Shown here one piece after another: positions 35,023-44,333 of a stretch of DNA of 64,000 bases. How positions within the stretch are numbered: the stretch's first letter is position 1; every line of letters begins with the position of its first letter. The notes beneath the pieces were generated by a model. The model worked only from the letters and a program-made list of their open reading frames with translations, ran no database searches and had not been told where the DNA came from. This stretch comes from a virus: positions 1-64,000 of the IMG/VR virus record IMGVR_UViG_3300044490_000250, one strand, 5' to 3'. Position numbers and translations under genes: made by a program.

Positions 35023-35895
35023 CTACACCTCCCTCATCCCTACGTCAGTGGCCACCCTGCGTGCCCACACCCACACGGGGGTGAGTAGCTCGCCCACTGA
35101 GTAGTCCTGTTCAGTCAGCCAGTAGTCGAACATCCACTGTGCATCCCAGTGCGGGGGGATGTCGGTGGCCCACTCATAGGGAGCGGGGTGCACCCACGTC
35201 ACGATCAACGGAAGACCACGGTGGAGTTGCTTCAGCGTGTCGCAAAAGTCGTGCATGGCGGCGCGCGCCTGCGGCGAAGTCCACGCGCCCGGCACCACTG
35301 TCCAGCAGTTGACGAGCGTCTGGTGGCCCGCCGTCAACAGGGCGCGTAAGGTGTCCAACGGGTCGGGCTGTTCCTCCACGCCGCTGTTCCACCGGCGGAG
35401 CTCCGGGGTGAGCCCCTTGATGCTCAACTCAGGGAACACCCGTCGCGGGTACACTGGGATGCGCTCCGGGTGGGCACCGTTGGTGTTGACGACCACGATG
35501 TGGTTGTCCCCCGCGGCGTGCTGCAGTGCCGTAATCAACTCGGGGAGCTCGGGTTCCAACGTGGGCTCTCCTCCGCTCACCCGCCACACCGGGCAGTCCC
35601 CCGCCGTCTGCACAAAGTCGTCCACGATCTCCCGCGGCGTCCGCAGTACCGTCTCTGTGCTACGCCCCCTCCAGTAGCATCCGTGACACCGCATCTGGCA
35701 GGTTGCGGTGTCGATCATCGCCACGTCGTTTGCCTCCGCGATCGTGTACGCGCGGGGCAGCCACGCACACGCCACTTCCGGCCACGGAGCGAATGCCTCC
35801 ACGTCCTCCGGCTCCTTGTAGTACGTCTTGACTCGCACGATGTCGCTTCGCTTGCCGTTCCCGCTGCGCTGCTCCGGCACCACTTCGAGTATCAT
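35023..35895 (-). CDS. Radical SAM protein
   Basis: CQMRCHGC (Cx3Cx2C), RVSGGEP, NTNG, LSIKG. Confidence 0.9.
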   Translation of the reverse strand: MILEVVPEQRSGNGKRSDIVRVKTYYKEPEDVEAFAPWPEVACAWLPRAYTIAEANDVAMIDTATCQMRCHGCYWRGRSTETVLRTPREIVDDFVQTAGDCPVWRVSGGEPTLEPELPELITALQHAAGDNHIVVVNTNGAHPERIPVYPRRVFPELSIKGLTPELRRWNSGVEEQPDPLDTLRALLTAGHQTLVNCWTVVPGAWTSPQARAAMHDFCDTLKQLHRGLPLIVTWVHPAPYEWATDIPPHWDAQWMFDYWLTEQDYSVGELLTPVWVWARRVATDVGMREV

Positions 35896-36875
35896 CCGTC
35901 CAGCACCTCATTTAGAGTGACACCTCTGGTCTTCAACAGAAAGTCCACGCCCCGAACGACCCTGTCCACCCTGTGCGCGGTTTGACACCGGGCGCCGCAC
36001 CCAGCCACTTGGTACCGGTACTCGCAAGGAGAGCACGTCAAGTCCTTAGGTTCCAGCGCCAGCAGGGGACCGGGGCAGTCCGGTAGGCGGAGCGCCGCTG
36101 ACGACACCCCCATGAGCGCCAGCAGTTTGATGGGCAGCCCGCCGGCCTTCAGCGCGGCGCACAGATGAAGAGGACTGGAGTCCGCCGAAATGACAACGTC
36201 GCACGCCGCGATGGCCGCCGCGCACTTGCGAAGGGCGCTCCTTCCGTCCATCACAGCGTCCACGGCCGGCGGAGCGTTGTCCCCAATCCACACCACCGAC
36301 CCCCGTTCCTGGAGGGGCGCCACTGCATCGGCAGCCGCCGCCCACCGCCGTTCCGCGGAAGAGGACTCCGCACAGACACCGATCAACGGCCGACGCAGGC
36401 TGCTCAACGAGCGCTGCGCGTCGACCAGCTCCTCGCGTTCGATGTAGTAGTCCAGGTGCAGACTGCTCAGTCGCAGCCCGAGTGCCTCGGCAAACAAGCG
36501 AGCGCGTGGGGTCTGGCAGCATTGAGGGTGGCGCTCCGGGTAGTGGCGTAGATCGGCCAGCACACCGGGCGCGGTGTGGTCCAGCTCACCAAAGTCGCGT
36601 ACCTCATGGACGTTGGGGTTCCCCCGCAGCACCTCGGCGCTTCTGGGGGAAGTGTAGTAGGTCACTCGCAAGCCTGGGTACTGACGTTGCAGCTGGCGCA
36701 GAGCGGGCGTCGTCATTAGCACGTCCCCGGCACCGCCTGGACGCACAATCGACAGCCCCACCTCTTGTGCACGCATCAAGTCCACCGGCAGCAGCACACG
36801 CCGGTCACGTTGACGTAGAAAGGTCTGCACGAAACTCGCAGCTTGGTTGGGGATGTCGGTGCGTTGAAAGCGCAA
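35892..36875 (-). CDS. GT9 (ADP-heptose:LPS heptosyltransferase-like) glycosyltransferase, copy 1
   Basis: RPGGAGDVLMTTPALR, NPNV, RRW, ISADSSPLHL.AA. Confidence 0.85.
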   Translation of the reverse strand: MRFQRTDIPNQAASFVQTFLRQRDRRVLLPVDLMRAQEVGLSIVRPGGAGDVLMTTPALRQLQRQYPGLRVTYYTSPRSAEVLRGNPNVHEVRDFGELDHTAPGVLADLRHYPERHPQCCQTPRARLFAEALGLRLSSLHLDYYIEREELVDAQRSLSSLRRPLIGVCAESSSAERRWAAAADAVAPLQERGSVVWIGDNAPPAVDAVMDGRSALRKCAAAIAACDVVISADSSPLHLCAALKAGGLPIKLLALMGVSSAALRLPDCPGPLLALEPKDLTCSPCEYRYQVAGCGARCQTAHRVDRVVRGVDFLLKTRGVTLNEVLDG

Positions 36876-36943
36876 CCCTCGGTCTCCTCAACACGGTGTT
36901 TGTCCGCGCCCCAGCAGGAGGCTCCTGCGTTGGCGGACAGTGG

Positions 36944-36972
36944 ATTGTAGCACACCCACCCTTGAGTGTCAA
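36944..36972 (-). promoter_or_regulatory. Sigma70-type promoter of the glycan cassette
   Basis: TTGACA-N17-TACAAT with extended TG; leader hairpin at 36901-36939. Confidence 0.8.
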
Positions 36973-36975
36973 CCC

Positions 36976-37194
36976 CTACTTCCGCAGCGCCGGGTGGCCC
37001 TGATGGAAGTCCTCCCAGCCACGACAGCCGTCGTTCGGCCAAACCCAAGGATCACCAAACTCCCGCTCGTCGCGAACGTCCACGTCGGGGTTCGCTCGCT
37101 CCCAGCGTCGCCGCCTCCGATGTGCCAGCCGCCTCCACCAACGCTCGCTTTCGCAGTTTCCCCACTGCCCGTGCTTCTTGTAAGACCGGCTCAT
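36976..37194 (-). CDS. Small basic phage protein (MSRSYKK...)
   Basis: GGAGGG RBS, own promoter; 72 aa, Arg/Trp-rich. Confidence 0.7.
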   Translation of the reverse strand: MSRSYKKHGQWGNCESERWWRRLAHRRRRRWERANPDVDVRDEREFGDPWVWPNDGCRGWEDFHQGHPALRK

Positions 37195-37268
37195 GGGTAC
37201 CCTCCGTAATGCTAAGAGGGCGGGTTCCCCCGCCCCCTCAGCGTCTCCCGACCAAGGAGAACTGCCCC

Positions 37269-37297
37269 AGTATAGCAAGCCTCGCCGGTTGTGTCAA
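37269..37297 (-). promoter_or_regulatory. Sigma70-type promoter
   Basis: TTGACA-N17-TATACT with extended TG. Confidence 0.8.
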
Positions 37298-37301
37298 GAC
37301 C

Positions 37302-38321
37302 TCAAAGCGTCTGACTTTGCCGGCCGGTGATGGTGGCCGTCAGCGTCCCCTGCCGCACGTAGTCGCCATCGTTGCTGATCGTCAGGATGCAGCGATTCGC
37401 TTGCCACATCTCCGTCAAGACCACAGTACAGTCGGTGATGGGGTCGCCCAGGTCGTCGGTGAGCTCGACCACCCGCCCAGGCACGTGGGTGTACGTCTCA
37501 TGGTCAATCGTGATGGGGGCCGTCACTTCGTCGGGGTCGAGCGGCCCCCACTCGTAGGTCTGCACCTCTGTGTCTTGGCGGCCGACCCCGGGGAGTAGAC
37601 GGCGGGCCGCCCCAGAGGGTGAGTTGCTGTACGCCGTCACCGTGCCGCCGCCATCCAAGGTCACCGTGGCGATAAGGATGTCGGTGTCCGCGGCGACCGC
37701 GTTGGTGGTGGCGACGAACCGCACCATGCCGTAGTAGTTCTGCTGAGTGTCCCCGCCCTCCCGGATGTAGATGTAGTTCAGCGCGCCGTTCGTCAGGCCC
37801 TGCACGTAGAAATGCGTCAAGGTGAAGGTGTCCCCTACCTCCACCGCTACCGGCAGGACGGTCTCCCAGTTCACCTGCTTCGTGGTGCTGTTGTAGCTCT
37901 GGATCGCGCGCACCAGCCCGTCGTTGGACCCGCTCGTGAAGACGATGTACCCGCCCGCCGGCCAGAAGGCATCATCCGCGGCGTCCAGGCTGCTGTCACG
38001 CACGTAGGTGGTGCTGCCGGCAGTGGCGACGCCATCCTCCTCCATGTCGTTCGTCATGTAAAAGGGCCGCCCACCCACGAGCCCAACGATCGGCGAGGAG
38101 CCGTCAGGCGGCGCGATCCGTAGCGTGGTGTCGTCGAACTGGCAACGTTCGGGGTCGGCGAGCACCACACCCTGCTCGAACACCATCTGCAAAACGCTGC
38201 GGCAGACGTGTTCCAGCACATGCGCCGCGCGGTTGTAGTCGGTGGCCGCGGTGCGTCCAGTTGCGGCACGCGCCCAAGGCAGCTGGAAGTTGGGGCCAGT
38301 GGCTCCGGTGGATACACCCAT
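37302..38321 (-). CDS. Tail/baseplate structural protein
   Basis: AAGGAG RBS; acidic and beta-rich; tail-region position. Confidence 0.6.
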   Translation of the reverse strand: MGVSTGATGPNFQLPWARAATGRTAATDYNRAAHVLEHVCRSVLQMVFEQGVVLADPERCQFDDTTLRIAPPDGSSPIVGLVGGRPFYMTNDMEEDGVATAGSTTYVRDSSLDAADDAFWPAGGYIVFTSGSNDGLVRAIQSYNSTTKQVNWETVLPVAVEVGDTFTLTHFYVQGLTNGALNYIYIREGGDTQQNYYGMVRFVATTNAVAADTDILIATVTLDGGGTVTAYSNSPSGAARRLLPGVGRQDTEVQTYEWGPLDPDEVTAPITIDHETYTHVPGRVVELTDDLGDPITDCTVVLTEMWQANRCILTISNDGDYVRQGTLTATITGRQSQTL

Positions 38322-38332
38322 GTCGCCGCTCC

Positions 38333-38530
38333 TTACGCGTACTCGTCGTAGGTCATCAGGAAGTCCCCGTTGGCGTCCTGCGTCTCGTCCCACACAATGG
38401 TGCGTGAGGCCTCAACGTGGTCATCCCTGCGCGAGCCCAGTGTCGCAGCGGCCGCCGCCCGTGGGGCGACCTTGAGGTCCAGGTGGCGTAGAATGACAGC
38501 CAACTCGTCCGCCGTCACGTAGCGACTCAT
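38333..38530 (-). CDS. Small hypothetical protein
   Basis: ATGA overlap; 65 aa. Confidence 0.5.
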   Translation of the reverse strand: MSRYVTADELAVILRHLDLKVAPRAAAAATLGSRRDDHVEASRTIVWDETQDANGDFLMTYDEYA

Positions 38531-41382
38531 GGCGTCAAGTCTCCGATGTAGATGCCGGTCAGTGTGGTGGTCGACGACTTCACCAACGGCGACCCCTGGT
38601 GGCGCACCTTGACGATACGCCATTTCGTGTGGTTCAGGTCTTGGCGCTCCCCTCCGTGAATCGCGAAGACGTGCGTCTTCTTCGCGATCGGCAGCAAGGG
38701 GACCTTGACCTCTATGTAGCGCGGTAGCGTGGTGTGTCGGTAGAACAGCTGGTAGATCACCCTCATCGCGGTGTCGTAGTCCACGATCCAGCTGCGCTGA
38801 TACTCCAGCTCCCGGTACGCCGCTTCCGGGTTCAAGCGATCCGCCTGCGGCAGCTCCGCCGCCAGGGCGATCTGGTCTGGCGCGCCCTTAACCCGGGAGC
38901 GGGGCCCCTTGACCACGATGCGCTCGTAGTAATCCTGCAGCGGGCTCTGTCGGACAGGGAAGGTGTCCAGGATGTACTGCCGGGTGCCCTCCCCTTCCAT
39001 GCTGCTGTGCCGCTCCTCAGCACGGGTGTGCAAGTGGTAGTCTACCCCGTCCGTGGCGTCCCCACTCCGCGCCTTGTCGTAGGCCAGACAGCCAACCGAC
39101 CCAGGCCCCGACAGGTGGTCCCAGTAGTAGTCGGTGCCGTCGCTGAGCGGGCTGCGCTTCTGGTGGCACCACCGGCAGCCCGTGTGCACCCGCGGCAGCG
39201 CCTCGTGGCTGGCGCTGTCGCTGTGCTCCACCCACAAGTCGGCGTCAGCGGCGTAGGCGAGCACTTCCTGCAACGCGAGCATCCAGCTTCGGCCGGCCTC
39301 CGGTTCCCACAGCGGCCGCGTCAACCCCTTCGGCAGACGCCCCGGCCCCCACGGGACTCCCGGTCCAGGCGGGGGAATGCTGCCATCGGTGCCTCGGTAG
39401 AGGTCCTCCAGCGTCCCGGTGTACTGCGCCTCAACGAACCCCGCGCTGCTGAGCATGTACTCCACGTAGCTCCGCACTTCCCAGCTGTCCCCCGGCACGA
39501 TCAAGCGCCCGTCAATGGTGCCATCCAGCAGCCTAGCCACGTCAGTGATGAGGTCAGCGGTGATCCTGGTGCCGTCGTCGCGGGACTCCGGCAACGTCGC
39601 CATGCCCTTGAAGACCGTCTCCTCCTCCAGCTCGTCCCCGTCGTCGTTGGTGTTCCAGACGCGCAGAGTCACCCGGCGGTCGTCCTGCCCCTGCATCCAC
39701 TCCGCCAAGCTCTCGTTGCGCCACGCCGGAACGCCTGTCTCGACCCGCCCCTCCAGCTCGATCCCGCCTTTGTCTGACGGCTCACCGATCTCTGAAGTGA
39801 CCTCCCAGCTACGAAGCTGCTGGTTGTCGATCGTCGTGTCCTGGGTGGGCGGGGCGGGCACCGTCAGCGCCGCCGGAACCTCCTGCCATATCTCAAACCA
39901 GTGGAGTAGAGGCGTCGTGGAGAAGTCCACGTGCACGTCCGTGCCGCACAGGCCGTCGCTGTTGTACTTGGTCGCGTCCGAGTCAGGGAACGTCGTGAGC
40001 ATCCACGACGCGCTCGGCATGGTGAAGATCGAACGGTGCATCGCGGTGGCCAAGTCCAGCACCGGGACCATGTACCGCTCTGCGCTCGTCAGCGGCACTT
40101 GATGCAGCAGCCCATCGGTGTCGTTCTCCTGGCACGCAGCCACCAAACGGATGGTCGCGTCCAACAAGTTGTTGTCGGGCCACTCCGCTGAGTACGCCAC
40201 CTGCACGTCCCCCGCCGCGTACCAGTCGTGCGGAGTGCGTGTGACGGGCCCCTGCATCCGCGCCGGCCGCAGCCACGCGTCGCCGTTCACGAAGAACCGA
40301 CCCGTGGCGGGGGCCAAGGGGAACAGCTGGAAGCCCCACCTTCCGACGTTGCTCGCAAACGAGATCGGCGCCGATGGCACCCAGAACGGCGTCCCCTGGG
40401 GCCACTCCGCGCTGGGCGTCAGCCGCCCATCCGTGTTGCTGGCGGGCCGCTCCCAGTACATGAGATCGGTACCGCTACCGCTCGTGCTGATCGCCACTCC
40501 GTAGGTCGTCGTGTACACCGTCGCCGCTTGCCACGTCTGGGCCTTCGTCTGCACTGGGTTGTTCTTGTGGATGCTGCCGCCCTTGATCTCCTGCAGCGCC
40601 ACCCACGACCAGTCGCCCCCCGGGTTCTGCCAGTTCTGGAAGACGTGGATGCGGCCGCTGGCCATGATGCGAATGCACATGCACCCGCCGTAGATAATGT
40701 CGATCGACGGCACGTAGTCCCCCCGCAGCTTCCACGGCTCAGCGAAGAACACGCTGAAGCTGAACTGCGGGTTGGCCGGCAACGTAAAGCGACTGGAGAG
40801 CCCACTGAAGCCAGAGTTGTAGCCGCTCGTGCCCTCGTCGTACTCCCCCTCGCACCACGCACCGCTTCCGGCCGTCCACAGCAGCACCGGCCAGCCGCCC
40901 GGGGGGGCCGACACCACGTCTGTCCAGTACCGAGCGGAACCGCTTGAGCCGATCGGCAGGTACGAACGCAGGTCGAGCTGGTAGTCTACGCCGCCGTTGT
41001 CGATCCCCCACGGCACCCCCATGCTCACCGCCAGGGCGTTGATGGGGTCTTCCAGGTACTGCATCGAGAGCAGAGTGTCATTGGCGTTGGCTCCGATGAG
41101 CCCCAGGTACTGAGGATCGATGGGCCGCTGCACGTCGCTCTTCGCCCAACACTCGCTCGCCCGAATAGTGCTGAACCTCGGCCCCCACGGGAAGTAGGTA
41201 GCGATGTCCCCTTCCGTCATCCCAGCGTACTGGTAGCTGTCCAAGCCGCGGGCCAGTTGCTCGGCGGTCCACACCACCGACCACGGCCGATGTCCGTAGC
41301 CGTTGCCGTCCGCCAGCCGATCGCCAAAGTAGCCGGCGTTGTAGAACTTGAACAGCGCGTCGGTGGCTGTGCGTACATTCAT
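38527..41382 (-). CDS. Large tail/baseplate hub protein
   Basis: About 951 aa, downstream of the tape measure. Confidence 0.6.
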   Translation of the reverse strand: MNVRTATDALFKFYNAGYFGDRLADGNGYGHRPWSVVWTAEQLARGLDSYQYAGMTEGDIATYFPWGPRFSTIRASECWAKSDVQRPIDPQYLGLIGANANDTLLSMQYLEDPINALAVSMGVPWGIDNGGVDYQLDLRSYLPIGSSGSARYWTDVVSAPPGGWPVLLWTAGSGAWCEGEYDEGTSGYNSGFSGLSSRFTLPANPQFSFSVFFAEPWKLRGDYVPSIDIIYGGCMCIRIMASGRIHVFQNWQNPGGDWSWVALQEIKGGSIHKNNPVQTKAQTWQAATVYTTTYGVAISTSGSGTDLMYWERPASNTDGRLTPSAEWPQGTPFWVPSAPISFASNVGRWGFQLFPLAPATGRFFVNGDAWLRPARMQGPVTRTPHDWYAAGDVQVAYSAEWPDNNLLDATIRLVAACQENDTDGLLHQVPLTSAERYMVPVLDLATAMHRSIFTMPSASWMLTTFPDSDATKYNSDGLCGTDVHVDFSTTPLLHWFEIWQEVPAALTVPAPPTQDTTIDNQQLRSWEVTSEIGEPSDKGGIELEGRVETGVPAWRNESLAEWMQGQDDRRVTLRVWNTNDDGDELEEETVFKGMATLPESRDDGTRITADLITDVARLLDGTIDGRLIVPGDSWEVRSYVEYMLSSAGFVEAQYTGTLEDLYRGTDGSIPPPGPGVPWGPGRLPKGLTRPLWEPEAGRSWMLALQEVLAYAADADLWVEHSDSASHEALPRVHTGCRWCHQKRSPLSDGTDYYWDHLSGPGSVGCLAYDKARSGDATDGVDYHLHTRAEERHSSMEGEGTRQYILDTFPVRQSPLQDYYERIVVKGPRSRVKGAPDQIALAAELPQADRLNPEAAYRELEYQRSWIVDYDTAMRVIYQLFYRHTTLPRYIEVKVPLLPIAKKTHVFAIHGGERQDLNHTKWRIVKVRHQGSPLVKSSTTTLTGIYIGDLTP

Positions 41383-42338
41383 CGCTGCACCCACGTCTCC
41401 CCGAGATCGGTGCTGACCCACGTCTCCTCGCCGGTGTCAACGACGAGCGCGTTGCCGCTGTAGTCCAGCGAGGCTGAGTCCGCGGTGCAGACAACCTTCG
41501 TGTTCTCCCCATCCGAGAAAGGAACGGCGGCGCCGTTGATCTGGGCGTAGCGGGTCAGCACGATCTGCCCGTCACCGTCAGGCATGATGAAGTACCGGAG
41601 CAACCCGTCGTAGGCCATGCTTGGATTGGTACCCGGCATGTCGAAGCCTCCTCGCCAAGTATACCCAGTATCAGTGCTGTAGCGATAGTGAACTCCGTCG
41701 TCATCCTGCCACGTCAGCATTAGGTAATTACCGTGGCTGATTAGCGTCAGATGACTAGCCTCACCGCTCGGCGCCAGTTCGCCCCAAGGCCCCAACCAGT
41801 CCGGGCGGAAGATGTCACGGTACTGGATGCGGATGTCGGTGCTCTGGTCGGTGTCGAAGAGGGCTCTCCACATACCCCCGGCGTGGTCAATGTCGATCGC
41901 TGACGCCAGCCAGCGCAGGAGCACATCTGAGGCCCACGGTGAGTGTGCATGGTGTTCTACGATGCAGCCGGTGGATGAGCGCCAGGACGGACCGTCGTTC
42001 ACGACGCGCATTTCGAGCCCCGCCGTGTCCCCGTCTGCGGTTATGTCCGTTACGTCGGTGAACCAACGGACCGGGTCCCCAGGGTATTCGTCGTGCGTAG
42101 CCCAGCGCAGAAAGAACAGGTCCCCGGCAGCCGAGCCCGATGGTATGGTCGCCGTAAGGTTGACCGAACCCGACCCGTCTGCCGCCGTGGCCGTGACGGT
42201 AACGGTTACTCCGGTCCCGCTGTAGTCGGCGAGAAGCTCGATCTTGAGTTGCACCGGCCCGATGGTATCGCCGACGCGCGCTTCGGCGTCCGCGATGGAC
42301 TCGGAGTCGATGAAGTTTCCGTACCCGAAGAGCAGCAT
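41379..42338 (-). CDS. Tail structural protein with Asp-box motifs
   Basis: YSTDTGYTW and VSTDLGETW (BNR/Asp-box). Confidence 0.6.
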   Translation of the reverse strand: MLLFGYGNFIDSESIADAEARVGDTIGPVQLKIELLADYSGTGVTVTVTATAADGSGSVNLTATIPSGSAAGDLFFLRWATHDEYPGDPVRWFTDVTDITADGDTAGLEMRVVNDGPSWRSSTGCIVEHHAHSPWASDVLLRWLASAIDIDHAGGMWRALFDTDQSTDIRIQYRDIFRPDWLGPWGELAPSGEASHLTLISHGNYLMLTWQDDDGVHYRYSTDTGYTWRGGFDMPGTNPSMAYDGLLRYFIMPDGDGQIVLTRYAQINGAAVPFSDGENTKVVCTADSASLDYSGNALVVDTGEETWVSTDLGETWVQR

Positions 42339-42343
42339 GGCCC

Positions 42344-43357
42344 CTACTCGTACCAGCCCTCAAAGGAAGCGGAGCAGATGGCGTTGGCGGTTATAGAGTC
42401 CGATACCGCGCTGATCTTGATATCGGTCTTAGCCGGGCAGGCTATCGGTATATCGAACTCCACCTTGTTGGCCATGTCCTGCAATACGACAAGCGAGGTG
42501 ACCTGGAACACGCCAGCCAAGTACACGCCCTCATTCATGGTGGCCCGCAGTCTGAAGGTCGCCATACGGTTTCCCGCGGCGTTGCCGACGCCTTGGCCCC
42601 ATCCCGTGATAAAGAGCGTCTTCCCCGCCGGGACCGTCCAGACAGCCGAAAGCGCGTTGTTGTACCCCAGCGGGATGCGCGCGTACACCGGCGAGTCGTC
42701 CACTTCGCGCAGGTCGATGTTCCCCGCCGCAACCCCTCCCGACCCCACGGCCACGGCGTGCATGGACTGGACGCGGTAGATGTCCGTCGCGACGGTGGCG
42801 ACGGCGGTCGTGCCGTTGAGCGTTACCGTCTCCTCCTGCTCCTCCCACGAACCATCGAGATAGTGAATCTCGACCTGTTGCACTCCGGTACCCGCAGGCG
42901 ACCCGTCGTCATCGACCGATGAGGAAATGACCTCCATCTGCATCGCGGAAGGCGGGAAGACGTACTCGCCTCCGTAGGGCCAGAGGGTCTCGCTCGCGTC
43001 GTCAATGTCGGCGTTGTAGCCGACCTTGTGCAGCGGGTAGTGCCCGGAGACATCGCCTTCGGCAATCGCGTAGAGGTAGGGTGTCGCCACGACGCGCGGT
43101 CTGTTCGTGATGTGCTGGACGCCGTAGAGTGTCCCGCCGTCATCGACGAGCTTTACGCCACCGATGACGGCCGATCCCGTGACCAGCGCAGGCAGGCGAG
43201 TTACATCTACGTCGAGCCCATTGGTGGCGTCTCCGGCGATTGCCCCTTCTCCCTCTGCCGTCCCGTCTACGAGCTTGACCCTCTGGTAGTGGGTCGAGCC
43301 GACTTGGTCGGTAGCGATTACGGAACCAACCGCTGGTATAGTGACGTTGTCTGCCAC
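42344..43357 (-). CDS. Virion structural protein (tail-associated)
   Basis: GAGGAGG RBS, GTG start VADNVTIP; beta-rich. Confidence 0.6.
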   Translation of the reverse strand: MADNVTIPAVGSVIATDQVGSTHYQRVKLVDGTAEGEGAIAGDATNGLDVDVTRLPALVTGSAVIGGVKLVDDGGTLYGVQHITNRPRVVATPYLYAIAEGDVSGHYPLHKVGYNADIDDASETLWPYGGEYVFPPSAMQMEVISSSVDDDGSPAGTGVQQVEIHYLDGSWEEQEETVTLNGTTAVATVATDIYRVQSMHAVAVGSGGVAAGNIDLREVDDSPVYARIPLGYNNALSAVWTVPAGKTLFITGWGQGVGNAAGNRMATFRLRATMNEGVYLAGVFQVTSLVVLQDMANKVEFDIPIACPAKTDIKISAVSDSITANAICSASFEGWYE

Positions 43358-43368
43358 GGAAAGCCTCC

Positions 43369-43731
43369 TCAGGAACCGTAGTAGTAGCCAAGCACAATGT
43401 GAGCCGCGACCCAGCGGGGCAGGCCGTCCTCCCACGGGTCTACGAGGTAGGCATCGGTCTCGTAGTATTCGGCGGGACGCGGCCAGCCGGTAACGAGGCG
43501 ATCGATGTGGCCGCCGGCAGTCGTGTTCTTGACGAGGCGAGTCGTCCAGTCCTCGACCGCCGCGAGGGTCTTGGTGAGGAAGTAAGTGCGACAATCGACT
43601 AGATACCCGTTCGCGGCACAGGGGATGCAGTACCCTCGCTGATAGGTGCCCGTATCCGGTTCGGTCCAGGCGGGGCCTCCACAAAATGGGCACTCCAGGG
43701 CGGTCATCGTCGTCGGATGCGGAGCACTCAC
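43369..43731 (-). CDS. Small Zn-ribbon protein (CPFC..CIPC)
   Basis: GTGA overlap with the HNH stop. Confidence 0.55.
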   Translation of the reverse strand: MSAPHPTTMTALECPFCGGPAWTEPDTGTYQRGYCIPCAANGYLVDCRTYFLTKTLAAVEDWTTRLVKNTTAGGHIDRLVTGWPRPAEYYETDAYLVDPWEDGLPRWVAAHIVLGYYYGS

Positions 43732-44330
43732 GCCGCCTTCTCCTGAAGCCATGCGTCAACGCACAAGGCCTCTGTCTCCAGGGCCTCGCGCATAGCCTTC
43801 CCCGAGTTCGAGTGAAGCCAATAGTGCCCGCGCCCATCAGGGCATTTCCGACAGACGGCTATCCCGTTCCAGTCTGCGCTACGCAGATCAGGGCGATCCA
43901 TCCACGGGATACGATGGTGAACAGTAAGCCTACGGTCGTTGGACTCGTGCCGTTCTCCGCACAGGCCACAGCGGAAGTCATGTTGTTCCTTGACGCGCTG
44001 TCTCCATTCTCGCCCTTCAACGCGCCAGTACCAGAGAAGGTCCTCACGGTGCATTCCGCCCTTCCAGTTCGCAACCCGAGAACCGCGCAAGTGTACACTT
44101 TGCCATGCGTCATAGTGCTCCCGCGTGCAGAAGACATTGTGGTCTGTGCCCATAGACTTCGGCACCGTTCTCGCTTGTCCACACCAGGGGCACCGCACTA
44201 CAACGCGGTTTGCGGAGCGAAGGCACTCGCGTGAGCAGTGCACTCTCTCGCCATGCAGTTGCGAGGGGGGCTTGTCCACGACAATCCCGCAGTGATCGCA
44301 TGTCTTCACCCGTTCCTTCTTGGCAGACAC
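43728..44330 (-). CDS. Free-standing HNH homing endonuclease with N-terminal Zn fingers
   Basis: Two Cx2C..C-S/T-x2-C/H repeats, NWKGG, CGLC, LTVHHRIP, NGIAVCRKC..H..H. Confidence 0.85.
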   Translation of the reverse strand: MSAKKERVKTCDHCGIVVDKPPSQLHGERVHCSRECLRSANRVVVRCPWCGQARTVPKSMGTDHNVFCTREHYDAWQSVHLRGSRVANWKGGMHREDLLWYWRVEGREWRQRVKEQHDFRCGLCGERHESNDRRLTVHHRIPWMDRPDLRSADWNGIAVCRKCPDGRGHYWLHSNSGKAMREALETEALCVDAWLQEKAA

Positions 44331-44333
44331 TTT

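Noticed and set aside
35023-35895. 7-deazaguanine DNA modification pathway (QueE-like radical SAM plus GluQ-like enzyme)
   Set aside because: No FolE, QueD, QueC or DpdA was recognised in the window, so the pathway cannot be claimed.
24351-36900. Shared 11-mer ACACCGTGTTG in two intergenic regions
   Set aside because: A single 11-mer match is expected by chance; no third copy was found.
43728-44333. Group I intron around the HNH
   Set aside because: The HNH abuts both neighbours (3-nt gap and GTGA overlap), leaving no room for a ribozyme core.
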